Of a stretch of DNA of 64,000 nucleotides, positions 40,791-53,176 are shown piece after piece; position 1 is the first letter of the stretch; each line of letters opens with the position of its first letter. The notes beneath the pieces are model-generated. The model was given only the letters and a program-made list of their open reading frames with translations, was not told where the DNA came from and ran no database searches. Source of the DNA: Phoronis australis (lineage: Eukaryota > Animalia > Phoronida); NCBI GenBank assembly GCA_002633005.1, contig NMRA01000116.1, positions 566,521 to 630,520 on the forward strand, in the 5' to 3' direction. Position numbers and translations under genes: made by a program.

Positions 40791-41018
40791 TATCAGACAA
40801 AACTCCAACAAAATGCACTTAGTTACAAGGACTTCATTGGAGTCTAATTTATTTGTTTCCATTCACAATTAAGTAAGCCATAAAAATATACATTCAAAAT
40901 AAGTGCGATGAAATTAATTGCTTATCTGATATGAACTTTCAGGCAATTTCCCACAACCTCCAAGGTCAAAGGCCCATAATTCAATTAATTACAGAGGAGG
41001 ATACAGGATTTAGACTTA

Positions 41019-43350
41019 CCGTAAACGTTCGGGTTAACGCCCATGCTCAGTTAACCGCCCACCCCCTACTTTAGGTGGATTTTCAATTTAACCGCCCACT
41101 GCTCGGTTAACCGCCCCTGTGAGATTTTTGAAGATTTCCAGTTGAGCGCCCACCTCTCGGTTAAGTGCCGATCCCCGACTTTTTAAGATTGAAGATTTAG
41201 CACCCAGTGATAGCAAACGCGAGATTCCCAACTTTCAGGTACAGATGATGATCACAATGGCGCGCAACGACGCTGGACCTCCGTTTGGTTTGGCAATGTC
41301 ACTTACAATACAAGTAACGAATTATTGTCCCGGGTAATGGACTTACTTCAAAATATAATACTTGAACGTTTTTGTCATTTTATTTTCTTCCCATGTTTGC
41401 AAAGTTTAAGAGCCCCACCGGCATCAATACCTCCGCTTCAGTTCAGCGACGCTGTCTGCCGCGCTGAGTTTCCGTCAGCAGTGCACTAGATAAAACGTAT
41501 ATTCGAAATAATCGGGCCAGAGAAATGTGACAGTGATTTTGCCAACCCTCCGAATTCTCTTTAGGTGGGAAGCTCTCGTATTTTGAAGAATTACTTCCCA
41601 TAACTCACGGCAAGATGTCAAATTCTCCCTGTTTTGATGAATGTTATTGCCAGGTTATCGAGGATGTGTGGCAACCCAAGAGACAGTGTGCCTCACTGGG
41701 TTACCAATTTGCTGCCTCTCGATTTCCAAGTTCAAAGGCTGGCAGTACATTACTGTATGTTTGTGTATCATCTTGAAGTAATAAAAACTTATAGTCAAAT
41801 TTTGTTTTTCGCTTATTGCATCTCAGTCAAACTGGTGTTAGCAGATTTAACTAATGTTGCTGGCTGTTCTTTACTAGTACAATTTTTTGCGTCAACCCCC
41901 CGCCTGACTGTGTGAATTATCGCTTCCATATTCCCTTTTTAGCCATCCAGAATAATTTTGTTTCTACATTGACCAGTTTCAGCCTGAACAAAATTTTTGC
42001 CATTCGAGCCTGAAATATCTATGACGCAGACTGACTGAAACTTGGCGGTAGTTGGTAGGAGGTGCACGCAGCTAGCTACGGGCATGGCACACTTGGGCCT
42101 AAGGAACATTGAGTCGGAAAATATCGAAGTAGACTTGACATCGCAGGTTTGGGGAACATTGGAACGGAGGAATACTATAAAGCACTGGGTCTTTCCTAAC
42201 AACAGCTTAAAAGTACAGCGTCACGCCGGTTTCTTTTACTTAGGACTGTCACTGTTGTCTTTTGATGTGTAACTTTGTAGTGGTGCACGCGTAAATTCCC
42301 ACACTGAGTTACCTTGAAACCAACACGTGATTGACAGGTTACTCATACATAGGCCCTACGTGCGTGCTGAATCCCGCCGTTATCTTTGGCCATTAAAAAC
42401 AAGACGCATATTGAAAGAAGCCGTTGCGCGCAAAGAGCGGGACCGACCAGTGACGCAGTGCGATAGTGTAGGTGATATTGTAATAGGACATCTTGCATGT
42501 AAAATAAATGTTTTCCACCACAAAGTTGGGTAAGGTGGTTGTTTAAGAATGAATTGAAACATCGCTGTTTTGTGACGTTTTAACACAAATCTATGCCGTG
42601 GTTCGAACTTTTCTTCTTGATTGACGACTGGCTCATGTCCGCTTACCATCCCCCCCCGATTCTTGTCTTACTTCTTTACCGAGCATTTTTCGCGTAACAG
42701 GAAGTGAAAATGTTATTGAGTCACGGCGTGTTGACTATAAACACAAAAAACACCAGTCTGAATTAGTTTTTCAAACTTATTACAAGTAATTTTAAAACTG
42801 CTTCTGACTCAGAACTAGAAAGCTAGCCCGGGACTGTAACTTTTGATGTCAGCTGTGACCTCTACAACACGTAAAGCTTGCACGCGCGCACTTTTGCAGT
42901 GTCACCGCTTGCAATCCAAGTGGAGCACTGCGTGGTCACTGGTCGTCTGTGCACTACAGTTCTAACAAACTAACAAGACCGCAGGATGGCACGGGTCTAT
43001 TACTCAGCAATTTTTTATATTTAATTGTAAATGACTAATCTGAGGGCAACAGAACCTTTGTGGGGATCATCCGCTGTTATGAAGTTTTTACCGTCATTTG
43101 GCAACGTGACGATAAAGCTATTTGAAAAGTGCTACGCGTTCCGGGTACGTGTGTCATATGGGGACTTACGAGGTAAGATTAACCGCCCAGGGCAGTTGTC
43201 TGTCATAATAAGCGCCCATGTTCGGTTAATGGCCCACCCTGGATTTCTTGAAATTTCCCGTTTAAGCGCCCATGTCTGGTTAACCGCTCACCCCCGATTT
43301 TTTGGGTTTGCCAATTGAACCGCCCATGGCATTAACCCGAACGTTTACGG
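41019..43350. mobile_element. 2.3 kb non-autonomous TIR DNA transposon, copy 1 (Tc1/mariner superfamily, Tc2/pogo-like CCGTA ends)
   Basis: TA-CCGTAAACGTTCGGGTTAA...TTAACCCGAACGTTTACGG-TA; subterminal TTAACCGCCC repeats; no transposase ORF. Confidence 0.88.
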
Positions 43351-44443
43351 TAAGTCAGGGCATTACCATAAAGTTGTATAGGAAGCAATGAAAAGCTATA
43401 ACTCTATTCCATGAAATCAGAAATGGCATTAGTCATAGCCTTAAACAAAAAACACACAATATGGATAATAAGTAATGGTAATTGATTTTGCAGTGACTGT
43501 GGGCTTTCTAAATGATTACATTAAGTGGCACCCATTCCCATGAGTTAAGATACAAACAGAATCACACACCAGGAACAGGAGGCAAGCACAAACGAGCCAC
43601 ATGCACCCCGGAAACAAAGCCTTTCTTCAACTGCTGTGCATAACAGTAGGTGCGGTACTGAGACTGGGCAGGGAGCATGAGACAACTGTTTCACATTGAC
43701 CATGTGACACAAACTACAATATTATGTGCTCAATAAAGTAGCACAATAAGGGACCATCTGTGTTAAGGTTACCTAAACCTTTAGAAAAATATTCAATTTT
43801 GGCCAACTTCGGAACATCGTATCTGAGAAATGGTAGATCGGATTCACACGAAGCTTTCATAATATGCCGTTTTCCAAAACGGAGTTAGGAATTGTTTTAA
43901 AAATGTTCCACTTTGGAATGAGTTGCTATAAAAGGCTAATGTATTTTTTGTGAAAAATCTTTTTAATTTACATAAAACGCAAACAAGACGATAGCTAGGA
44001 AAACTGTGATGGCGGTTCTGAGATTTTACCAAATTTGGTTATGTTATTGATTCTGTTAGAATGTACCTTTCTTTTTTTTGCTAAATTTTCCTAAGAGACC
44101 TAATTAGAGACAGATTGGTGTAAAATCAAAAATCTAATTCTGCAGAATTTCTACTTTGTAGACAGCTGGGTAAATGCAGACTTGTCGATAAACCTTAAGT
44201 ACCAATATTGTAAAAGGAAGACTGCCAAACCCTATCTAGAAATACACATGAATTTCGCACTGACAATTAAAGATGAGTAATTAGCAGAGAGCTATCACTG
44301 TACATGTAAGCATGAGGATGAAGACAGTCAGTCATTCTGATAATACAATTAATCCAACAAAATAAATTGCTCTGATGTGTACAAGACTAGCTTCATTAGT
44401 TCTGATCTCTGTTGTCAGATAAACGAAACAATTTGGTTGGATA

Positions 44444-47097
44444 AGACATCGAACAGAGCGCGAAGCCCAGAGCTTGTAACAGACTTCAATTCTATTACAA
44501 CACAACTCGTTCTTGGTGCCACATAAATGTCAAGAAATGCAGCAACTTGGGACATTATAAACGTGACGACAAGTTTTTATTATTGTTGTTGTTGTTGTTG
44601 TTGTTTATCTAAGTAACTCACAAGTTGAAACAAGTTCACTTAAGTCTCCCAAGAGTCCCTAACGTGCCTCCCGACACACACACACTAACACACACCAACC
44701 ACACAAACACACACACCAGCCCACAGGAATAAATACATAACATGCACGTTAACTACACGTTTTATATGGGAGACGTTACAATAGCCAGAGTTAGTGTACT
44801 GAATAAATATTATCATGAAACGTTCGGATGTGTGTAAATATTTACAGCAATTCTCCACTTATTTTGCCAAAAATAACTGCCAGACTTATTATTTTTCTAT
44901 TTTTAAAGGATGACAACTTAGACGCAAGTAACCATAATTTCTTAACGTGTATTTTTGAGGAAATTTTGAAAAATTTTATAAAATCTCACTTAGCAGTCAT
45001 ACTGTAGTAAAGAATTTCCATACGCAAAACAGAAACTGAGGCAGAGGCCAATAACACAAATGCGTGTAGCTTGACATACTTATACCACAAATTCAACTTT
45101 TACACAAACTCAATTTCCTCAGCCTGCCACATGGCCAAACAATAACCTTTCGGGGAGATTGCATGGACACGTGACATCGTGGTTATTCTGGACGGAGTCA
45201 AGATGTATGAAGTATAAAATTCAATAAAATCAAGACACAATAAACATAAACACATATAAAAGCAGGAGACTGGTGTTGACATACACACTGTAGGGCACTT
45301 TTCACCCGAGGCAACCTTTTTGTGCTTGAAATAATTAAGCTAAAGAAGACAGCCATATTGAGTTTATGCGTGGATCGCCTCAGACTAATTCACTTCAAAG
45401 TTGCAAGAAATAAAACTTCTCACTTAATCTCCACCAGATTCTCCACATTTTCTCAATAGCCATTGTGTGTTGTAAAAAAGAATTATTTAAATACGGTAGA
45501 CGATGCTTTGGAATAAGACTTTGACACCAGCTCCAGATAATCAATTCAAGTAAATCGAGCTAAATGTTTGTATGACTGTCCACTTTTCTGCTTCACGATG
45601 TCAGCTGTAATCATACAAAAATAGGAAGGCCATATCGTCTTCATACTAGAAACCTGTCGGTTAAACTTCATAGAAATCCACCAAGGAATTTTGAAGAGAG
45701 AGAGGAAAACATAAAAATAAAATTGCCACTACAAGACACGGCAGTGTCGGATTCATCGTAAAAAGNAGACATCGAACAGAGCGCGAAGCCCAGAGCTTGT
45801 GACAGACTTCAATTCTATTACAACACAACTCGTTCTTGGTGCCACATAAATGTCAAGAAATGCAGCAACTTGGGACATTATAAACGTGACGACAAGTTTT
45901 TATTGTTGTTGTTGTTGTTGTTGTTGTTTATCTAAGTAACTCACAAGTTGAAACAAGTTCACTTAAGTCTCCCAAGAGTCCCTAACGTGCCTCCCGACAC
46001 ACACACACTAACACACACCAACCACACAAACACACACACCAGCCCACAGGAATAAATACATAACATGCACGTTAACTACACGTTTTATATGGGAGACGTT
46101 ACAATAGCCAGAGTTAGTGTACTGAATAAATATTATCATGAAAGTTCGGATGTGTATAAATATTTACAGCAATTCTCCACTTATTTTGCCAAAAATAACT
46201 GCCAGACTTATTATTTTTCTATTTTTAAAGGATGACAACTTAGACACAAGTAACCATAATTTCTTAACATGTATTTTTGAGGAAATTTTGACAAATTTGA
46301 TAAAATTTCACTTAGCAGTCATACTGTAGTAAAGAATTTCCATACGCAAAACAGAAACTGAGGCAGAGGCCAATAACACAAATGCGTGTAGCTTGACATA
46401 CTTATACCACAAATTCAATTTTTACACAAACTCAATTTCCTCAGCCTGCCACATGGCCAAACAATAACCTTTCGGGGAGATTGCATGGACACGTGACATC
46501 GTGGTTATTCTGGACGGAGTCAAGATGTATGAAGTATAAAATTCAATAAAATCAAGACACAATAAACTAACATAAACACATATAAAAACAGGAGACTGGT
46601 GTTGACATACACACTGTAGGGCACTTTTCACCCGAGGCAACCTTTTTGTGCTTGAAATAATTAAGCTAAAGAAGACAGCCATATTGAGTTTATGCGTGGA
46701 TCACCTCAGACTAATTCACTTCAAAGTTGCAAGAAATAAAACTTCTCACTTAATCTCCACCAGATTCTCCACATTTTCTCAATAGCCATTGTGTGTTGTA
46801 AAAAAGAATTATTTAAATACGGTAGACGATGCTTTCAGTTGGAATAAGACTTTGACACCAGCTCCAGATAATCAATTCAAGTAAATCGAGCTAAATGTTT
46901 GTATGACTGTCCACTTTTCTGCTTCACGATGTCAGCTGTAATCATACAAAAATAGGAAGGCCATATCGTCCTCATACTAGAAACCTGTCGGTTAAACTTC
47001 ATAGAAATCCACCAAGGAATTCAGAAGAGAGAGAGGAAAACATAAAAATAAAATTGCCACTACAAGACACGGCAGTGTCGGATTCATCGTAAAAAAG
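44444..47097. repeat. 1.32 kb tandem duplication split by a single N at 45766 (probable uncollapsed haplotypes)
   Basis: 44444-45765 vs 45767-47097, near-identical. Confidence 0.9.
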
Positions 47098-50000
47098 TCC
47101 ATCATCTGCTGTCACTGCCACTATACCATTGCCATTTGTACCCTGAAATAAATAGGTTTGCAGGAGGACCTAGTACAGGTGAAAATTCAAACCAAAACCC
47201 AATTACCTGAAGCCCAATTTTCTCTGCCAACACAACTGAGAGCCAGCTGGCTGGGCTGCCAACAGTCCACAAGCACACAGCTATATGATATAATGAGGTG
47301 TCATAAAATATTACATAGGTGACCAAGCAGCCCAAGCAGCATGACAGAATTCAATGGGGTCTTGTTTTGCAAAATTTAATAAATTCCAAACTTCACAGGA
47401 TCTTCCTCCCATTGTTAATATTTACCATTGCTGGGTTCCTCATGACTGATTGCCATGAGGTCATTGCTAATGTGGTAATTGCTCTCTCTCTCTCTACTCT
47501 ATACAATAGGACCTTTGAACAAATTCCCTGATATTAACAGTCTTCTTGAACATTGTGGGACTGCTGGTGAAGGTACTGTGAAATGGGCACAATTGGCCAT
47601 GAAGATCCAGCAAAAGAGTTCTGGAGATAGTGCACTGGAAACCAAGGCTTGGAATTTTCCGCTTTTTTCTCTTATTCCCTCCACGCATTTTTGTTATATT
47701 TCCTCGGAAAAAATCAGATTTGCCATAAAATTTTCACCATAAATTGGTTTCTAACCACAGCGTTGCTGACGACTCGAAAAGCAGAGACTGCTCTTTATGT
47801 TTTGGAAGAACGAAAATCATAATTGCCGAGGCACCTGGGATTACATGGTTTATCAATGGCGTCTGCATATGGTATTCATCGCAGTGACAAATAGTGCGAT
47901 TCTGCAGCCAAAAATGCGTGGAGCTTGGAGTAGACAGAAGATTTTGTGGCAAAATAGGATAAAAGAAACGGTCAATGTCGGTGTTTGTAAACAACAAAGG
48001 TCTGGGTTTGCGCTCTGTAAACAGAGGAACAATTAGGGCGTGCGTGGCCGAATCGCGGAGAACCACCTAAAAACAATGAAACACAACAAAGAAAAATGCT
48101 TTCTGAAAGGAAATTCAACCATAACCGGTAATTTGTTGAATTGGAATCGTGGGATGAGTGACGTACGAAATTCTTTTGTTTGATGCCATGTGCAATTCTG
48201 TGCCGGCAGTTGCCAAGTTGGCTGCTATGTCCGAGTCCGCCGATTTTCCACGTGCCGCCGAAGCGAGTTACAAAGTGCTATTTTCGTTACTGCAAATGTG
48301 CTTTAAGTTGCTGCTAATGTATTCCAATTTATTTTGACATTTTTCAAGTTATATTTTTGTTCAAAAGTCTTATTTTGACCGACTCGAGTTTTGCAGTTCA
48401 AGAGAGGAGTGGTCACGTGGCAGGTTCTGGATGATCTGATTGGTCTAAGTCATTGTTTATAAATTCTGCTAGCCTATTTTGGGTGTCCTTGTAGTTATTT
48501 CTTATGTCACGTAGTTTGTTCTACACTAGCGTGGGTTATGAACAAAATCTCCTGTAAGACAAGTACCATTTTAAGCTGAAAAGTTTGGCCAACTTACGAT
48601 TGTGATTATTGTGTTTCATAGTTTAAAGTATGTTGTTTTTAACTTTCATTTTTTCTATGCTACTTTTGGGGTATGAGCCACAGGTTTTCGTCTTGACCTT
48701 TTTCCATTGTGTTGGAATTAAATTTTTTTTTTAATTAAATGGGTATGTATTTCAGGCTTTCCAGATTATCTGGGTTGATTTTCAAAATTTTTTAATAATT
48801 TTGTATCGTAATTATAAGAACTTAAAATAATGAAAATAATTTTATAGGTCTCCCTGCAGCAAATCAAGAATAACCTTCTGTCTCTCACACTGCAAATTTT
48901 GCATCATTATCTTTATTATTTTAATTTTTAAAAAATATCTTTTGTTGCATCTAAGATCCTTCATTATTGTTACTGAAATAGATGTCAGGAACTGCATTTT
49001 GCCAACACAACACAGTTACAGGGCATCTTGTGATAATAATGTTTACTTTCAATCTGTTGAGGTATGGTTGTTTAGATTGCAATGTGTATTTGGGCAGTAA
49101 AAATTTTCCTCTTTTTGTCATGGGTCATTCCAAGACATGGGGAACCCAGACACCCAGACAGAGATGACGCCAATATGCATATGTGGGAAAATAAAAAGGG
49201 AAAATGTGATGTACTGTGCATACATGCAACTAAATCCTGCTACACCACTGGATAAGATTGATAACAATGTGATAAAGGCAATTCATAAACTTAAATCTAG
49301 ATATGTTTAGCATTATTTATACATACATTTTTCATAGACTTAACATGAATTTGTATACGATCTTATCAGTGAATTCCTGGCCAAAGAACCAACAGAAATT
49401 AAAACATGAAGTTATACATATCCAAAAAAATGGCTACCGTGTTGAAATTATGTGGAAACCCTTTTTTCATTTAGTCAGGCGTGCGCTTTGTTTTAAGTGG
49501 TTTATTAGAAATATAATGTGAAAGGGATGTCATTCATGTTAAGCAGGATATAGGAAAGTGCCAATCAAGAACAAACAACTTCACCCGCTTAAACTGCTCA
49601 GAGATTTCTGCTTTTGCAACCCCTATTAATACACGATGTGTTCGAATAAGCAATTTATCGATAGCGTTATTTTGTAAAAGCTCACACAGCATGTTTTGCA
49701 CATCAATAACTCGTGTGTGGGCAAGTGAAAAAACAATTTTCTCTTAATAAATGGATTAGTGGAATAATAGTCATTGTGACTTGGATTTCAATACTCAACA
49801 TGGACAGTGTGATGCCACAACTAATAGCACAATTTCCTTCAGTAAACATCACCCAGGATGTTAGCGTTCCAGGTTGCCAGGCAACTATTCCTTGTTAAAC
49901 CCACAAGGTTCGTACACATATAAGTAAAAGGCAGTGTGGAGGGAGTAGTAGTAGGACGCAACATTGTCTGCGGCTGTCAACCAATTAATCTGACGGTTGA

Positions 50001-50287
50001 CAAACAACAACACCAAACTCTTAAAAGTGTGAGCAATGGCTTATTTTGATAGGGCTGTCATAGGTTCTATTGATATTGATCAATGATGTTAAATCCGTAG
50101 ATGGTGGTGATCTATTGTGGAGTAGTCGTCAGAACTGTCTCATTGATCATTCAGGATTCAAGCTTGCAAAGAAGCTTTGCCAAGGACTATTGAGCCTTCA
50201 AGCATCACTTCCTAATGGCAATCAATTATTGACAGCAGATATATTATCCGAGCTGGGGTAGCAGACTCCCAGAGACATTCTTGCAGG

Positions 50288-51292
50288 ATGCTCCCAGGAA
50301 ATCACTCCCATTGTGTCAACTTCTCATCATGTTGTGCTTTTCAACCAGATACGACAACCCAAGTGGGCGAGATAACGAGACGGTATGCTTCCGTGCATGG
50401 GTACGTGGCTCTCATGATATCCATATTTGGCATATCCACCAACGTGGCCAGTATGGTCGTCTTGACCAGGCCACGAATGAAGAAAATGGTGTTCAACTTT
50501 CTACTCTTGTTTCTATCTATGGCTGACTTTGGACAGATGTTGTTGTATATACCTATCACATTGCATTTCTATATCGTGCGTGGTGACGGAGTGATGCCAA
50601 GGATAGCGAGCCATAGTAAATATTGGATGTATTATCGTACTGTTTTCTTCATTCTTGCCAGCATACTGCACACCATAGCCATTTGGATTGTCGTCACGCT
50701 GGCAACATTTCGTATAATATGCATTCGGATGCCTCACAAATTCACACAGTTGTGCAACTGGAGACGCGCTAAGATTTGCATGCTAGTCGTCACTCTCTGT
50801 TCCATTATAATAGTGATGCCGCTCATTCCCTTTTACCAAGTGGTAAAAATCAACTGCATAACATTTAGCATATACACCCAAGCCCTAGAGGAGACGATGG
50901 AAGTCCCCCTGTCTACTTGGATCTATACGACTGGTGCTGTTATCATACCCTGTTCTCTGTTGTTCATCCAGACCATTATATTAATATCAAGCCTACGGCA
51001 TGCCCAACGGAAACACAGCAATATGACGCAAAACCAGGTGACAGGAGGACACGAAGATACCAACCACAACACAGCTATGCTTGTGGCCATTGTCATAGTC
51101 GTCCTGCTGTGTGAGTTACCCTATAGTATAATGCCCATATCTGATGGCAAGTTGTACAAGGAGATGTTAGAATTCATGGACATACTGTCTCATATTAACA
51201 ACGCCACCAACTTCATCTTTTATTGTACACTCAACAGAAATTTCCGCAAGACATTTTTAGAGATTTTTTGTTCGGCTGGACGACAGTTGTAG
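50288..51292 (+). CDS. Rhodopsin-class GPCR, myosuppressin receptor/DMSR/FMRFamide receptor-like (Srw family), single coding exon
   Basis: 334 aa ORF with seven hydrophobic segments; YASVHGY..IFG..N..VLTR, LSMAD, HTIAIW..TLATFR, IPC, MLVAIV..CELP, NNATNFIFYC..NRNFRKTF. Confidence 0.9.
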   Translation: MLPGNHSHCVNFSSCCAFQPDTTTQVGEITRRYASVHGYVALMISIFGISTNVASMVVLTRPRMKKMVFNFLLLFLSMADFGQMLLYIPITLHFYIVRGDGVMPRIASHSKYWMYYRTVFFILASILHTIAIWIVVTLATFRIICIRMPHKFTQLCNWRRAKICMLVVTLCSIIIVMPLIPFYQVVKINCITFSIYTQALEETMEVPLSTWIYTTGAVIIPCSLLFIQTIILISSLRHAQRKHSNMTQNQVTGGHEDTNHNTAMLVAIVIVVLLCELPYSIMPISDGKLYKEMLEFMDILSHINNATNFIFYCTLNRNFRKTFLEIFCSAGRQL

Positions 51293-52993
51293 GTAATAGG
51301 TTTGTGCGTTTGTCAATCGAGACAAAAACTGACACAAAAATCAATTTTCTTTTTTCTAAATTCGTATTGTTTACGAGTCAATCTCAATCAATATCATGGG
51401 CTAGTATAATGGTCTCAGGCAATATATATTGAAAATTAATTTCATTTCTCAGAAAGGGACGTTTTTGACAAAACATCCTTTAGAAGGTTGAAAAGGTTCA
51501 TTCCTGGCTCATGATAAAAAGCATAATATGCTCTCATAAGGAAAAAGTACGTTCAGCCCAACTGTAATATTTAGGGCTTGCGGACAGTCAGCTAATCATC
51601 CATAGACTAGAGGCTCCAGCCTCATCAAACGTTATAGGCAACTTTAAATGGAATTTGCCAATAGCATTTAGCAAACAATGTGATGAAAAGTGGAATGTGG
51701 GTTTGTCATATTTGAAATTAATCAACAACAATAAACATTAAGAAAATTCAACTTGACTTAAGTAACATAGTTCATACAGTACAGCTGTCACTGATACAAC
51801 GAGTTGTAAAGTTTGATTATTTGTAGCAAGGGTGTTGCCCATTTAAAATTATGACATAGCAATTTCTTGGTGTTTATTTTTGTGCAAAACAGCTGGCGAA
51901 TCATTATCCATAAACCAAAAGACGACATCGCGAGGATTCACCCAGTACAAAAAGTATCAATGTTTATCAGACTACTTCCCTGCTCACTCACCTTGAAACA
52001 GGTTTTAGAGAATATTAGAAAAATTTCTCTTAATTTGTAAAAGTTAATGGCCAGTAATTTTAAGAGTTTTGTTTCTAAAAATAATCATTCACATGACAAA
52101 AAACATTTTCAATATACCATTTGTAAACTTGACAATCATTCAATTCATATACACTGTCTAATTCGGTCCCCAAAAGAACCAAGATATTTACAAACAATTG
52201 ATATAACAGCACAAATCTTTCTTCACAAAATGTTCAGAGTACATTAGATAGCCTGACTGCTATCACAGTACAGTAAGCATTACTTGCAATCCAGCAGCAA
52301 GAGAAATAAATATTCCATAAAACTACTGAGGCAGATGTTGGTACATTCAACATAGCACAAGGTAACACAGATGTACTTCCACTATAGTTGTTCATTAATA
52401 TATCATACTTTCTGCAGTTGTCAGTTTAGTAGAGACTATAAATCATCAATAAGCTAAAATTGAGAAGCAACCGAACGGAACACTATTGGGTCACAAGAGA
52501 GTTGTGATGTATAAATGTTACAATAGATAACGTGAAAGCACAAGATTCAATAAATACTACAAAATGAAATACAATAAGATACAGTAAACAAATGTGGCAG
52601 CACTCAGTGTTACGCTGTCATATTAAGTACCCGTGTAATGCATTTGCATTTGCTTGATAAATAAAAAATCCTTGGAGTACACCAGGATGTTCGGATATAA
52701 TTTAACAAAGTCATTTACCGTAGATGTCATATATCATTAAGCCTAAATGATTATATATTAAAGGTGAATAATTATTAGTAAAAATAGAATATTTTATCAT
52801 GTGTATCACAAATCTTCACTTCTCAATTCATACTTTTCCCAACGTATAAAGTCATTTTCAGTTTTTATATAAACTAGATTGAAATGCTTTATAAACAATT
52901 GATTTACAAGTAAGAATCGTGGTTTACAAAATGCAAAATGATTTTTAAATGAAAGCGCTCCGAGGAGCGAACCTTGGCGAAATTAACCAAAAA

Positions 52994-53176
52994 GATGACG
53001 ATGAAGATGATGACGAAGATGACGAATATGACGAAGATGGTGGTGAGGATGAACAAAAGAAGTTAATAACATACACATGACGAACGTAGGAGTCCGAAAT
53101 CAGTAAGAAAAAGGCTAGTCTTGAGCGACACTTGGCGAAATTAAGGAAAAGACGGAGATGATGACGAAGATGATGA
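52994..53176 (+). repeat. (GAT/GAC/GAA)n low-complexity tract adjoining the N-gap 53177-53999
   Basis: Directly visible. Confidence 0.75.

Noticed and set aside
44444-47097. Tandem duplication as a real segmental duplication
   Set aside because: Single-N junction and allele-level divergence point to uncollapsed haplotypes
47207-47280. AG/GT-bounded open segment on the minus strand
   Set aside because: Weak acceptor and no similarity to ATP9 or any family I recognise
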